Assembly (NCBI GenBank): GCA_007376185.1
Contig: VMFS01000008.1
Coordinates: 1 to 50,692 of the forward strand
Direction: 5' to 3'
DNA length: 50,692 nucleotides
Source: Parcubacteria group bacterium Gr01-1014_30
Lineage (GTDB): Bacteria; Patescibacteriota; Minisyncoccia; Minisyncoccales; 2-12-FULL-40-12
Shown here: positions 1 through 9,415 of the stretch, piece after piece
Layout: each line of letters begins with the position of its first letter
Position numbering within the stretch: position 1 is the stretch's first letter
Translations under genes and position numbers: made by a program
Notes under the pieces: generated by a model
What the model saw: only the letters and a program-made list of their open reading frames with translations
What the model was told of the DNA's origin: nothing
Databases searched by the model: none

Positions 1-130
1 GAGGCAGAGCGAGTGATGGGGTAAGTGATGGGGTAAAAGCTCTATTCAAAATCAAAACTTTCTGCTAAAGTAAGTCCAAGCGGTGTTGTAAACACACTCC
101 ACAGTTCAATGAGAAAACCGCAAGAACTCA

Positions 131-1249
131 ATGATTAAACGCCCTCGAGCTGTAGCCCAAGAACTGCTGGGTTTGGCAGGCGTTAAAATAAACGGTAAAA
201 AGCCTTGGGACATACAGGTGCACGATAGCAGGTTTTTTGTTAGGGTTTTTCGTTCGGGCTCTCTTGGCTTGGGCGAGTCGTATATGGACGGCTGGTGGGA
301 TTGCTCCCGTTTAGATGAGTTTTTTTATAGAGTGTTGCGGTATCGCTTGGATGAAAAAGTTAAAATGAACTGGCCTCTGCTTTGGCGAGCGGCCCTGGCA
401 AAAGTTTTTAACAACGAAGCTGAAAGTCGGGCTTTTGTTATTGGCGAGAGACACTACGACAAGGGCAACGATTTGTTTGAAGCCATGCTCGGCAAAACAA
501 TGGCTTATTCTTGCGGCTACTGGTTAAAAGCCAGGAACTTGGACCAAGCCCAGCAAGCGAAGTTTGATTTAATTTGCCGAAAACTTGGTTTGAAGCCCGG
601 AATGACGATTTTGGACATTGGTTCTGGTTGGGGAACTTTTATGAAATACGCCGCTCAAAAGTACAAAGTCAAGACCGTTGGTATAACCGTTTCCAAAGAG
701 CAGGCAGAACTCGGCAAAAAATTGTGCAGGGGTTTGCCCATTCAGATAAAACTGACGGATTGGAGAGGCCTTGAAGGCAAGTTTGACCGCGTTGTTTCTG
801 TGGGAATGTTTGAGCACGTCGGCCATAAAAACTACCGCGCTTTTTTTCAAAAGGTAAGCCGTTGCCTTAAAGACGACGGTTTGTTTTTACTGCATACAAT
901 CGCCAATCACAAATCAAAGGGGGTAACAGACCCATGGACCGCAAAATATATTTTTCCAACGGGGCACTTGCCGTCAATTAAATTACTTGGAGCCGCTATT
1001 GAAAAGTTTTTCGTTGTTGAGGACTGGCATAATTTTGGTTCGGACTACGACAAAACCCTAGTGGCTTGGCATCAAAACTTTGAAAGAAGCTGGCCAAAAC
1101 TGGAAAAAAAGTACGGCCAAAGATTTTACCGAATGTGGAGGTATTATTTGCTGTCTTGCGCAGGTCTCTTTCGTGCCAGAAGAGCCCAGTTGTGGCAGAT
1201 TGTGCTTTCCAAGCACGGACTTTTGGGCGGCTGGAGACCGGTCAGGTAA
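131..1249 (+). CDS. cfa: Cyclopropane-fatty-acyl-phospholipid synthase
   Basis: LGLGESYMDGWW, HYDKGNDLF, SAM motif LDIGSGWG, SVGMFEHVG, YIFP, WRYYLLSCAG. Confidence 0.95.
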   Translation: MIKRPRAVAQELLGLAGVKINGKKPWDIQVHDSRFFVRVFRSGSLGLGESYMDGWWDCSRLDEFFYRVLRYRLDEKVKMNWPLLWRAALAKVFNNEAESRAFVIGERHYDKGNDLFEAMLGKTMAYSCGYWLKARNLDQAQQAKFDLICRKLGLKPGMTILDIGSGWGTFMKYAAQKYKVKTVGITVSKEQAELGKKLCRGLPIQIKLTDWRGLEGKFDRVVSVGMFEHVGHKNYRAFFQKVSRCLKDDGLFLLHTIANHKSKGVTDPWTAKYIFPTGHLPSIKLLGAAIEKFFVVEDWHNFGSDYDKTLVAWHQNFERSWPKLEKKYGQRFYRMWRYYLLSCAGLFRARRAQLWQIVLSKHGLLGGWRPVR

Positions 1250-1253
1250 ATTT

Positions 1254-2375
1254 TTATGTCAGCACAGAAGGTAGGGCGTTTTTTTCTAGCGCTCTTTTTA
1301 CTTCCATTGCGCAGCGCTCACCCGTTGAGACAGGTTTTCCCCAAAGATACCCTGTGTAGGGTGTAGCGACAATTCCTGGAGAACCCGGCAGGCGGCAGCT
1401 GACGTCAAAAACCACAAAGCTCTTTTTGGGCGGTCCTGGTACAACAAAAGTTTGTAGCGCAAAAGGGCCAATTACCCCAGGAGGCGAAAACTTTTTTGTT
1501 GTTTCAACAAAACGCTCTCCGATTTCAAAAACGTCAGCCAACATTGATTCAAGCAAAGTGGCGGCAATGTGTCCGGCTTCTTCAAATTTTAGATGAAAGT
1601 TTTTTTCGGCGTCTTCTCTGAAGGGCGAAGGCAAGTGGGAAAGTCCTTCAATATTGGTTTGGCGTCTCGTGTCAGAACCCATAAACTCAAGCCGTTTGTG
1701 AATGGGGGAGTAAAAATAATTTAGGTTAACTTGGACACCGGCAATAAACTCTTCAATAACTGCCTTATCAAGCGCTTCTTTGGTGAATACGTTTTCAGAA
1801 ATTAGTTTTTCGCTCTTTTGGCGAAAGTCCTGTAAGTTTGACGCCAGGAAAAACGCCCTTTCAAAGCCGCGCTCTTTTTCCAAAACCTTAACCATTACCG
1901 GCCTGTCTATATCTTCTGGTTTTTTGTAAAAGCGCGGGATTTTGATGTTTGCGGCCAAAAGCAGGTCGTACTGGTTTGGGTGTTGCCCTTTTTCTTCTAT
2001 TTTCAGCAAGTAGCGGTTGCCAAAAAGTGGTACTTCAAATTTTTTCTCAATGGTTTCGTAGTCAAAATCAAGATACACTTGAAACGAGCGGTGAGGGAAA
2101 AAGAGCGCGTTTTTTTCACGGAGTTTTTCTTGGATATCCTCTTTCAAAATATCCTTGAAAGAATCAAGAACCAAGACTTCGTCAACGCAACCCAAGCCCG
2201 CTTTTTTCAGGTAATAATTCTCGTAAACTTTTTCCCTGCCTTTTTGGCAGACAACAAGCGTTTTGAAGCCCTGCTTTTTGGCGCCAGAGCAAAGGTCCAA
2301 CGCCGAGTGCGAACCCAAAACAGTCAAAGTCAGCTTTTTCAAGTCGTATTTCCGCAAAATTGATTTCAAATCCAT
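1254..2375 (-). CDS. purP: PurP-like ATP-grasp protein (FAICAR synthetase family, DUF1246/DUF1297), paralog 2
   Basis: LGSHSALDLCSGAKKQGFKT, ERGFERAFF, GPFALQ, DVSCRLPGSPG match archaeal PurP-like proteins. Confidence 0.85.
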   Translation of the reverse strand: MDLKSILRKYDLKKLTLTVLGSHSALDLCSGAKKQGFKTLVVCQKGREKVYENYYLKKAGLGCVDEVLVLDSFKDILKEDIQEKLREKNALFFPHRSFQVYLDFDYETIEKKFEVPLFGNRYLLKIEEKGQHPNQYDLLLAANIKIPRFYKKPEDIDRPVMVKVLEKERGFERAFFLASNLQDFRQKSEKLISENVFTKEALDKAVIEEFIAGVQVNLNYFYSPIHKRLEFMGSDTRRQTNIEGLSHLPSPFREDAEKNFHLKFEEAGHIAATLLESMLADVFEIGERFVETTKKFSPPGVIGPFALQTFVVPGPPKKSFVVFDVSCRLPGSPGIVATPYTGYLWGKPVSTGERCAMEVKRALEKNALPSVLT

Positions 2376-3376
2376 TATCCAAGAACTTCTTGTAGGCGGT
2401 TTTCCGCAATCGCAGTTTTTATTTCTCTTGCGATTCTTCTGCCGGTTGTCATTGCTTGGCCGTGCTTGAAGTAAGAATAAGGCGAGTAGGGGACTGAAAT
2501 ATTGGTTCCTGCAACGATGCGCGCTGATATCTCAATAACGTGGAACTCCAGGTTTTCAGGCACAATGGTTTCCAAACAAAAGGGACCGTACAAGCCCCGG
2601 CCGCCAATTAAACGTTTTGACGATTCAACCAGTTTTTCCCCCATTTGCAGAGCTTTGGCCAGCATTGATTCTCTTAAAGTCAAGGGAATGTTGCCCACTA
2701 CCACGAAAGAGGGTTCAACTTCAATATGCTCTTGGCCTTTGAGCGGAATTCTGCCCAAAGAGTCAACGTTTGTTTCATAGCGTTTGTCGACCGACATAAT
2801 TTCAACTTGGCCCGAAAGAGGGGAGGCAAAGTAGTGAATGTAAATTGGCGCGCCGATGACGTATTCTTGAATCACGTGAGGCCGGCCTTTAAAAGCTGCT
2901 ATTTTCTTTTTGAATTCTTTGGGGTTGTGTGCCACAAAATATCCCTTGCCGCCACGAGCGCCGTAAAATTTTACAATGACAGGGCCTTTGATTTCAGAGC
3001 CGTCTTTGAACTCATGGGGAACTTTAATTTTGGCGTCAACAAGCCATTGGCGTTGTTTTTTTCTGTCTTGCTCCCAGTCCAGAACGTCTTTTGAGCCGAA
3101 AGTGGGAACCTTCATTTTTTTGTTTTCTTTGAGCCCCAAGTATGCCACGAAAGAGCCGTGGGGGACAATGATGACGTTTTTCTTGATTAACTCTTTTTCA
3201 AGCGCAAAAAAATCGCGCCATTTCGCGATTTCTTTTACCTCATCAATGAAAGAGTAGCCGCGGTAGAACTTTGCCATATCTTTTGTGGCAACGGCCAAGG
3301 TGTTAAAGCCCTCTTCTTTGGCGCCTTTCAAAATTTGCAGGCAGGAGTGTGAGCCAAGAGTGGCAATTGTGTACAT
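2375..3376 (-). CDS. purP: PurP-like formate-dependent FAICAR synthetase, paralog 1
   Basis: IATLGSHSCLQILKGAKEEGF, PHGSFVAY, GARGGKGYF, GPFCLE, EISARIVAGTN; ATG at 3376 lies 8 nt after TGCTATAAT. Confidence 0.9.
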   Translation of the reverse strand: MYTIATLGSHSCLQILKGAKEEGFNTLAVATKDMAKFYRGYSFIDEVKEIAKWRDFFALEKELIKKNVIIVPHGSFVAYLGLKENKKMKVPTFGSKDVLDWEQDRKKQRQWLVDAKIKVPHEFKDGSEIKGPVIVKFYGARGGKGYFVAHNPKEFKKKIAAFKGRPHVIQEYVIGAPIYIHYFASPLSGQVEIMSVDKRYETNVDSLGRIPLKGQEHIEVEPSFVVVGNIPLTLRESMLAKALQMGEKLVESSKRLIGGRGLYGPFCLETIVPENLEFHVIEISARIVAGTNISVPYSPYSYFKHGQAMTTGRRIAREIKTAIAENRLQEVLG

Positions 3377-3511
3377 GTTTAGCAATTATAGCAGAAAACA
3401 AAAACCCCGCACAAGCGGAGTTTTTCGGGCCGGTGTTGATATTGGATAATGCTACGACAATCAACTACAAAAAACAAGCGATCGCTGATTTTTGGTAATC
3501 AATAGTTTATA

Positions 3512-3541
3512 TTGACAAACGAATCTATTATGTGTTATGCT
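3512..3541 (+). promoter_or_regulatory. sigma70-type promoter for the orphan ORF
   Basis: TTGACA (3512-3517), 18-nt spacer, TGnTATGCT; followed by boxA-like GCTCTTTG. Confidence 0.6.
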
Positions 3542-3612
3542 AGCGCATCGGCTCTTTGGGAATTAAATATCGACGAGGCCGGCAACGCCGATCGAGGATG
3601 GAGGATGAGAGA

Positions 3613-3912
3613 ATGGATAATAATCAGGTCGTTGGAAAACCACTTCATGTCACGATCGGTGAATGGTTCGATCAGGCCCTCAACGATGATCAGCCTTATG
3701 CGGCGTGTATGCTTCTGATGATCCTTCAAGGGAGCAAGCTACCGGCGAAGGCGGCTCAAGAGGTGGTTGCCGTTCTTGAATCTCCGAAGATCGCGAAGAA
3801 GATAGAGAACGTTATCACAGTGTTGACGGCTGATGGCGAGGAGAAAGACGATGGTTATGAGCTTGAGGCGGAACTTGCCAAAACGATTGTTGACCTCCGA
3901 GGCCGATCGTAG
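3613..3912 (+). CDS. Hypothetical helical protein (about 99 aa)
   Basis: Open frame; GGAGG 8 nt before ATG 3613; own promoter and downstream GC hairpin. Confidence 0.65.
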   Translation: MDNNQVVGKPLHVTIGEWFDQALNDDQPYAACMLLMILQGSKLPAKAAQEVVAVLESPKIAKKIENVITVLTADGEEKDDGYELEAELAKTIVDLRGRS

Positions 3913-3936
3913 TATCCAGCGGTTATATCTATAAAT

Positions 3937-3968
3937 GGGCGCGCAAGTTTTGCGCGCCCTGTTAATTT
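3937..3968 (+). terminator. Intrinsic terminator-like hairpin
   Basis: GGGCGCGCAA-GTT-TTGCGCGCCC followed by TGTTAATTTT. Confidence 0.55.
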
Positions 3969-4015
3969 TGCTACACAATTGAACCATGGTTTTTTTGTGT
4001 AGCAACTTCTTTCTT

Positions 4016-4048
4016 GGGCTTGTGCTAAGTCCGACTTAGCACAAGCCC
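4016..4048. repeat. Palindromic repeat, related copy at 14177-14208
   Basis: GGGCTTGTGCTAAGT-CCG-ACTTAGCACAAGCCC perfect inverted repeat. Confidence 0.75.
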
Positions 4049-4056
4049 TTTTTTGG

Positions 4057-4860
4057 TTAGAGCGAAAACAGGTTGCGCAATAAGTAAGCGACTGTCAGGG
4101 GGCCGACGCCGCCTGGAACCGGGGCGACAGCTCGTGCCACTTTTTCCACGCTTTCTGTGTCAACGTCGCCCTTGATTTGGTTATTGTCTAAAGCTGCGCC
4201 AACGTCAATGACCACGACTCCTTTTTTAATCATACCTCCTTGAATTAGGTAGGGTCTTCCCGCGCCAGAAATGACAATATCTGACTTTTTAGTGAGTGCG
4301 GCAAGGTTCTTCGTGTGAGCCGTGGCCATGTGAACAGTGGCTTTTTGCTGAATAAGCCAAATTGCCAAGGGTAAGCCAACCAAGCGCCCGGCACCAACCA
4401 CGGTTACTTCAGAACCCTGTAACTTAACTCTTGCTTCTTGCAAAAGCCGAGCGACTGCGGATACAACCGGAGGTTGCATCAAGCCTCCCAAAACAAACTT
4501 GCCGAAAGCCGAACTGGAAAGTACGTCAACGTCTTTTTCAGGCGGAATGCAGTCAAGCACGGCTTGCATTGCCACATGAGAAGGCAGGGGCAGTTGAACA
4601 ATCATTCCGTCAACCTCTTCTTGAGCAGCAACCTTGCTAACAGCTTTGTTCAACTCATTTTCAGAAAGGGAATCTGTCAGTCGTTCCAACTTCACTTTAA
4701 CTCCAAGCTCTGCGGCCTTTTCCTGCTTTTTCCTAACGTAAGACGAGGAAACCTCATTTTGGCCAACCTGAACTATGGCGAGACACCTCTTTTGCCTCGC
4801 CGCAACCGGTTTTAACTCCTCAATGATTTTATTCGCTATTTCCTTGCCCAAAAGAAGCAT
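4057..4860 (-). CDS. folD: Methylenetetrahydrofolate dehydrogenase/cyclohydrolase
   Basis: YVRKK, GMIVQLPLP, PEKDVD, PVPGGVGPLTVA. Confidence 0.93.
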   Translation of the reverse strand: MLLLGKEIANKIIEELKPVAARQKRCLAIVQVGQNEVSSSYVRKKQEKAAELGVKVKLERLTDSLSENELNKAVSKVAAQEEVDGMIVQLPLPSHVAMQAVLDCIPPEKDVDVLSSSAFGKFVLGGLMQPPVVSAVARLLQEARVKLQGSEVTVVGAGRLVGLPLAIWLIQQKATVHMATAHTKNLAALTKKSDIVISGAGRPYLIQGGMIKKGVVVIDVGAALDNNQIKGDVDTESVEKVARAVAPVPGGVGPLTVAYLLRNLFSL

Positions 4861-5422
4861 ATTGTTTTTGTATCGCTTCCAAAAGCGCTTCGCCCTCCAG
4901 CTTTTGAACTTTTTCTTTTAACGAATCAACCGTGTCGTTCTCTTCAACTTGGCATTTTTTCTGAACCAGTATTTTGCCCGTGTCTTTGCCCTTGTCAACC
5001 AAGTGAGCTGTGCAGCCGGTTTCTTTGATGCCTGAGTCAAGCACGGCTTGGTGCACTTGCCTGTCCATTAAGCCCGCAAAAGCCGGCAAAAGCGACGGGT
5101 GGATGTTAATAACTCGGCCCTCCCACCTTTTTACAAACTCATCTGAAAGCCATCTCATATAGCCAATCAATAAAATGACGTCTGCTTTTTTTTGTTCAAG
5201 AATCTTTGTGATTTCTTTGTCAAACTCTTCTCTTGATTTTTGTGCCGGGTCAATGAAATGGTTTTCAATTCCGTGGTTCTTGGCCCTTTCCAATATATAC
5301 GCGTCTTTTTTATCGCTGATGACAACTGAAACTTGGGCTTGGAGCCGTCCTTCTTCAACGGCGTCAATAATGGCTTGCATTACCGTTCCTCTTGTTGAAC
5401 CGAGAACCGCCAAGTTTATCAT
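4829..5422 (-). CDS. purN: Phosphoribosylglycinamide formyltransferase
   Basis: LAVLGSTRGT, INIHPSLLPAF, ETGCTAHLVD; ATG at 5422 overlaps purD stop (ATGA). Confidence 0.93.
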   Translation of the reverse strand: MINLAVLGSTRGTVMQAIIDAVEEGRLQAQVSVVISDKKDAYILERAKNHGIENHFIDPAQKSREEFDKEITKILEQKKADVILLIGYMRWLSDEFVKRWEGRVINIHPSLLPAFAGLMDRQVHQAVLDSGIKETGCTAHLVDKGKDTGKILVQKKCQVEENDTVDSLKEKVQKLEGEALLEAIQKQYASFGQGNSE

Positions 5423-6687
5423 AATACCTTTCCAATGTCGCTTCTGTGGTAAAGAGGACCTTTGACTTTTTGGATTTCGGCCTCCGAGATTTTTTCCGCT
5501 TCTCCAATTGTGTCGGCAATTCCTAGAGCAGCTACGGCTCTGGAGCCGGTGCAGTACCACTTTCCTCGTTTTTCTTCCACTCCGGCAAAATACAGACGGC
5601 TCATATCGGCTTCAGGGGGAGGTGTTATCACGGCGTCTTTCACGGGATTGTCGGGGTGGCCTTCCGGCACCGCGTATTTGCAAACCGTGGCTTTTTTGGC
5701 GAAGATAGCTTTGTCTTGCGACAAACGGCCTTCAACGATTGCAAAGCAAAGCTCAAGGAAGTCGGACTCCAGCAAAGCGAGAACGTTTATTGCTTCCGGA
5801 TCCCCAAAACGAGCATTGTATTCAATGAGCCGCACCCCGTCTTTTGTTTTCATAAAGCCGCCGTATAGAATGCCCCTGTATTTTTTGTTAAACTTTTTTT
5901 TCAAAGCCGTAACTGTTTCCTCGTTAATCTCACGGGCTCTGGCAATATCTTGGTCCGTCAAAAAGGGGAGTTTGTGGTTTACGTCAGAGTAACTGCCCAT
6001 GCCTCCGGTTTGAGGGCCTTTGTCGCCTTCCAGGAGCCGCTTGTGGTCTTTGACAAGGGGCATATGAGCTAGGTTTTGGCCATCAGAAAAACTCATTAAA
6101 GAAAACTCCGGGCCTGAAAGGCGCTCTTCCACCAAGAAACCTCTGCCTACTTGTAAAATCTCGCGGCACCAGGCAAGGGCTTCTTTTACGTCTTTCAAAT
6201 GGGCTCCCGAAAGTTTCACTCCTTTGCCTCCCATCAAACCGTCGGCTTTTACAGCGTAGTTGCCTTGCAGTTCTTCCACCCACTCTTTGACCCCTTCCAA
6301 AGAAGAAAAATATCTGTGTTTTGGCGAGGCGTCAATATGGTATTCAGCCAAAAGATTGCGGCAAAATGACTTGCTGGTTTCAATTTGGGCCAGTTCTTTT
6401 TCTGGTCCGACCGTTGGGATACCCGCTTCCAAAAGTGCGTCGGCAACGCCGGCTTCTAAAGGGGCTTCAGGGCCTACGACGGCAAGCTTAGCCGTAACTT
6501 CTTTCGCATACCCAACAACTTCAGCAGGATTTGTTATATTGCCAACTCGCAGATCCGCGGCCTGCTCGGTAATGCCAGGATTTTTCCAGGGGCCTAAACA
6601 AAAAACTTCAGGTCTATACCTGGAGTGCAAAAGAGTTCGGACTAGGGCCTCTTCTCTGCCGCCTGAGCCAACAACAAGCGCTTTCAT
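5419..6687 (-). CDS. purD: Phosphoribosylamine-glycine ligase
   Basis: VVGSGGRE, VGPEAPL, KADGLMGGKGV, GPQTGGMG, EYNARFGDPE. Confidence 0.96.
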   Translation of the reverse strand: MKALVVGSGGREEALVRTLLHSRYRPEVFCLGPWKNPGITEQAADLRVGNITNPAEVVGYAKEVTAKLAVVGPEAPLEAGVADALLEAGIPTVGPEKELAQIETSKSFCRNLLAEYHIDASPKHRYFSSLEGVKEWVEELQGNYAVKADGLMGGKGVKLSGAHLKDVKEALAWCREILQVGRGFLVEERLSGPEFSLMSFSDGQNLAHMPLVKDHKRLLEGDKGPQTGGMGSYSDVNHKLPFLTDQDIARAREINEETVTALKKKFNKKYRGILYGGFMKTKDGVRLIEYNARFGDPEAINVLALLESDFLELCFAIVEGRLSQDKAIFAKKATVCKYAVPEGHPDNPVKDAVITPPPEADMSRLYFAGVEEKRGKWYCTGSRAVAALGIADTIGEAEKISEAEIQKVKGPLYHRSDIGKVL

Positions 6688-8180
6688 ACTTTTATTGGAG
6701 AAACAGCCCGTTCCTTGGTTCGGGCTTTTTCAACGGCGAGCATTGACTCTTGAGTAACGTCTTGGGTTACGTACCAGCCGTCAAGATATGGCATTGATAG
6801 ACGGGATATTTTGTGATTTCCTTTTCTGGTTACCGCTTCCACCAGCCCCTCAATGCTTTGGTACATTAAGATGTCGGCTTCAATGTACTGCCTGACCTCT
6901 TCTTCAGTTTTGTTTGCCGCTATCAATTCGTTTTTTGTGGGAATGTCTATACCGTAAAAATCAGGGAACTTTATTGGCGGGCAGACCACCAAGAAATACA
7001 CTCTTTTGGCGCCAAAATCGCGCAACAACCTGACCACTTCCCGGCTCGTGGTTCCCCGCACAATGGAGTCGTCAACAACTATCACATTTTTGCCGCGAAT
7101 CTCAAATTTTTGCGGCGTCAGTTTTCTGCGGATTGATTTCTCCCTCGTTTCCTGAGTGGGCATAATGAAAGTTCTGCCCACGAACGGATTTTTGTAAAAA
7201 CCTTCAGAGTATCTTACGCCCAACTGACCGGCTAGCGCCAGAGCCGCGGTGTTAGCGGAGTTGGGCACTGGAATAACTACGTCAGGTTTAATTGAAGGGT
7301 AAAGCTTTTTCCATTTTCTTGCCAAGTTCTGGCCCATGCGCAGCCGTGATCTGTATACGCTGACGTCGTTGATGAGAGCGTCAGGCCTTGCAAAGTAAAC
7401 ATATTCAAAAACGCAAGGCGTCAAGGACTCAGACCTTAGCACTTTCCGGTACATTTTTCCTTCTTGGTCAACGAAAAACACCTCGCCGTTCCCAACATCT
7501 CCCATGAACTTGAAGCCAAGGTGGTGGTACATAGTGCCTTCAGAAGAAAAAATATAGTCCTCTTTTCCCTGGCCATTTTTTCTGGCGCCCCACACAAGCG
7601 GCCGAATTCCGTGGGGATCGCGAAAGGCAAAGAGCCCTTTGCCTTTGATCACGCCAACTACCGAATAGCCGCCTTTGGTCTTTTCATACACGGCTTCAGT
7701 TGCCTTGCACACCGTTTCAAAAAAATCACCTCCTCCGCCGGATTCGGCGGAAGGGTGAGTTTCAAGTTCTTTTGCGAACACGCGGCACAAAACTTCAATG
7801 TCGGAGGTGGTTTCAAACTTGATGCCCTGGTTTTTCATTTCTTGATAAAGCTCGTAGTAGTTTGTCAGATTTCCGTTGTGGTTCATGGCAACGCAGTATT
7901 TTCCCTCAAAACAAAAGGGCTGCGCGTTTTTTAAGCTTTGAGCAGACCCTGTGGTTGAATATCTTGTGTGGCCGATGCCCCAGTCGCCTTTCAATCTTTT
8001 CACGTTGGCGTCGTGAAAAACTTCTCTTACAAAACCCGCCCCTTTTTTCAAGTGAAAAGAGCCGTCAGAAGTAAGCATGCCAGCTGCATCTTGCCCCCTG
8101 TGCTGTAAATGCACGAGGCCATCATAGAGTTCAGGCGCCACTGGTTTTCCTTTGGCGTGAATTCCAATAATGCCGCACAT
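6684..8180 (-). CDS. purF: Amidophosphoribosyltransferase
   Basis: MCGIIG, LQHRGQDAAG, GHTRYST, CVFEYVYFARPD, VDDSIVRGTT. Confidence 0.97.
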   Translation of the reverse strand: MCGIIGIHAKGKPVAPELYDGLVHLQHRGQDAAGMLTSDGSFHLKKGAGFVREVFHDANVKRLKGDWGIGHTRYSTTGSAQSLKNAQPFCFEGKYCVAMNHNGNLTNYYELYQEMKNQGIKFETTSDIEVLCRVFAKELETHPSAESGGGGDFFETVCKATEAVYEKTKGGYSVVGVIKGKGLFAFRDPHGIRPLVWGARKNGQGKEDYIFSSEGTMYHHLGFKFMGDVGNGEVFFVDQEGKMYRKVLRSESLTPCVFEYVYFARPDALINDVSVYRSRLRMGQNLARKWKKLYPSIKPDVVIPVPNSANTAALALAGQLGVRYSEGFYKNPFVGRTFIMPTQETREKSIRRKLTPQKFEIRGKNVIVVDDSIVRGTTSREVVRLLRDFGAKRVYFLVVCPPIKFPDFYGIDIPTKNELIAANKTEEEVRQYIEADILMYQSIEGLVEAVTRKGNHKISRLSMPYLDGWYVTQDVTQESMLAVEKARTKERAVSPIKV

Positions 8181-8187
8181 AGAATAA

Positions 8188-9369
8188 TTAAGTTAGTATA
8201 AAAAGTTTTTCCGGACTTTGCAAGTGAGAACCAAGAGAGTTCAAGAATCTTACGGCGTAAGCTCCGTCCAAAATGCGGTGGTCAAAAGTTAAAGAGAGAG
8301 GGAACTTTTCGTCTCTTATGCGCCCCAAACCCAAAATGGCGGCTTCCGGATAATTTATAATCGGAGTCGCAAAAACTCCACCCAAGCTGCCGTAGTTTGT
8401 TATTGTGAAAGTGCCGCCTCTCATTTCTTGAATGTCCAACTTCTTTTTGCGCGCTTTGTTGGCTAACTCAACTATTTCTTTGGCAATGTCCAAGCAGTTT
8501 TTCATATCCACTCCTTTAACCACTGGTACCACCAGCCCCTCGCCGTCAACGTCAACGGCCACGCCAAAGTTATAGTACTTTTTGACTATCACTTCCTGCG
8601 CTCCGTCGTCAAAACTGGAGTTAAGCAAGGGAAACTCTTTCATTCCTTGCCAGCAAGCTTTCATAATAAAAGGGAGAAAAGTGAGCTTTATGCCTTTTTT
8701 CTCGGCTTTGGCTCCTTCTTTTTCCCTGAACTTTACCAGTTTCTTTACTTCCGGTTCGGACATTATTGTTACTTGCGGAGCTTTCAGCCAGGCCTCTGTC
8801 ATGTGCCTTGCCGTAACCCTTCTTATGTTGTTCAAAGGAACGTAGTCAACATAGCCCCATAAGTCGTATTTTCTCTTTTTTTTGATTTCAGGTTTTTTTA
8901 CAACGGGTAGATCTTTTTCTGTTATTCGACCGCCGGGGCCCGTGCCCTTAATTTTCGCTAAATTAACTCCAAGCTCTTTTGCCAGTTTTCTGACCGAGGG
9001 TGTTGCCAGCGTTTCTCCTTCCGCGGCTTCTTCCAAGTATCCGACGGCGCCCGCCGCCTTCAATTTTTGAGCGCGCGGAGGTCTGTCCTCCGCCGTTTTG
9101 GAGTTCGTTTTGGCCGCTGAAACAGTTTTTTCTCCTTTTTCGCCGACAACGAAAAGTACTTCGCCGACTTTAACTGTTTCACCTTCCTTAAAATTGATTT
9201 TTAGTATAGCTCCTTCAAAAGGAGAAGGAATTTCAGCCACGGCTTTGTCGGTTTCAACCTCTCCCACTGCTTGGTGCTCTTTGATAAAATCGCCCTCTTT
9301 TACGAGCCACTTAACAATTTTTCCTTCTTCAATCCCTTCGCCAATGTCCGGGAATTTAAACTCTTTCAT
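8188..9369 (-). CDS. pdhC: 2-oxoacid dehydrogenase E2 (dihydrolipoamide acyltransferase)
   Basis: Lipoyl domain VETDKA, E3-binding ATPSVRKLAKELGV, catalytic FDHRILDG. Confidence 0.92.
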   Translation of the reverse strand: MKEFKFPDIGEGIEEGKIVKWLVKEGDFIKEHQAVGEVETDKAVAEIPSPFEGAILKINFKEGETVKVGEVLFVVGEKGEKTVSAAKTNSKTAEDRPPRAQKLKAAGAVGYLEEAAEGETLATPSVRKLAKELGVNLAKIKGTGPGGRITEKDLPVVKKPEIKKKRKYDLWGYVDYVPLNNIRRVTARHMTEAWLKAPQVTIMSEPEVKKLVKFREKEGAKAEKKGIKLTFLPFIMKACWQGMKEFPLLNSSFDDGAQEVIVKKYYNFGVAVDVDGEGLVVPVVKGVDMKNCLDIAKEIVELANKARKKKLDIQEMRGGTFTITNYGSLGGVFATPIINYPEAAILGLGRIRDEKFPLSLTFDHRILDGAYAVRFLNSLGSHLQSPEKLFILT

Positions 9370-9372
9370 ATC

Positions 9373-9410
9373 TTACGAAATTACGAAATTTATACGAAAA
9401 TACGAAATTT
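9373..9410. repeat. Short tandem TACGAAA(T) repeats between pdhB and pdhC
   Basis: TTACGAAATTACGAAATTTATACGAAAATACGAAATTT. Confidence 0.65.
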
Positions 9411-9415
9411 TTTCA

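Noticed and set aside
12..35. AGTGATGGGGTA direct repeat x2
   Set aside because: At the window edge with only two units; cannot be interpreted.
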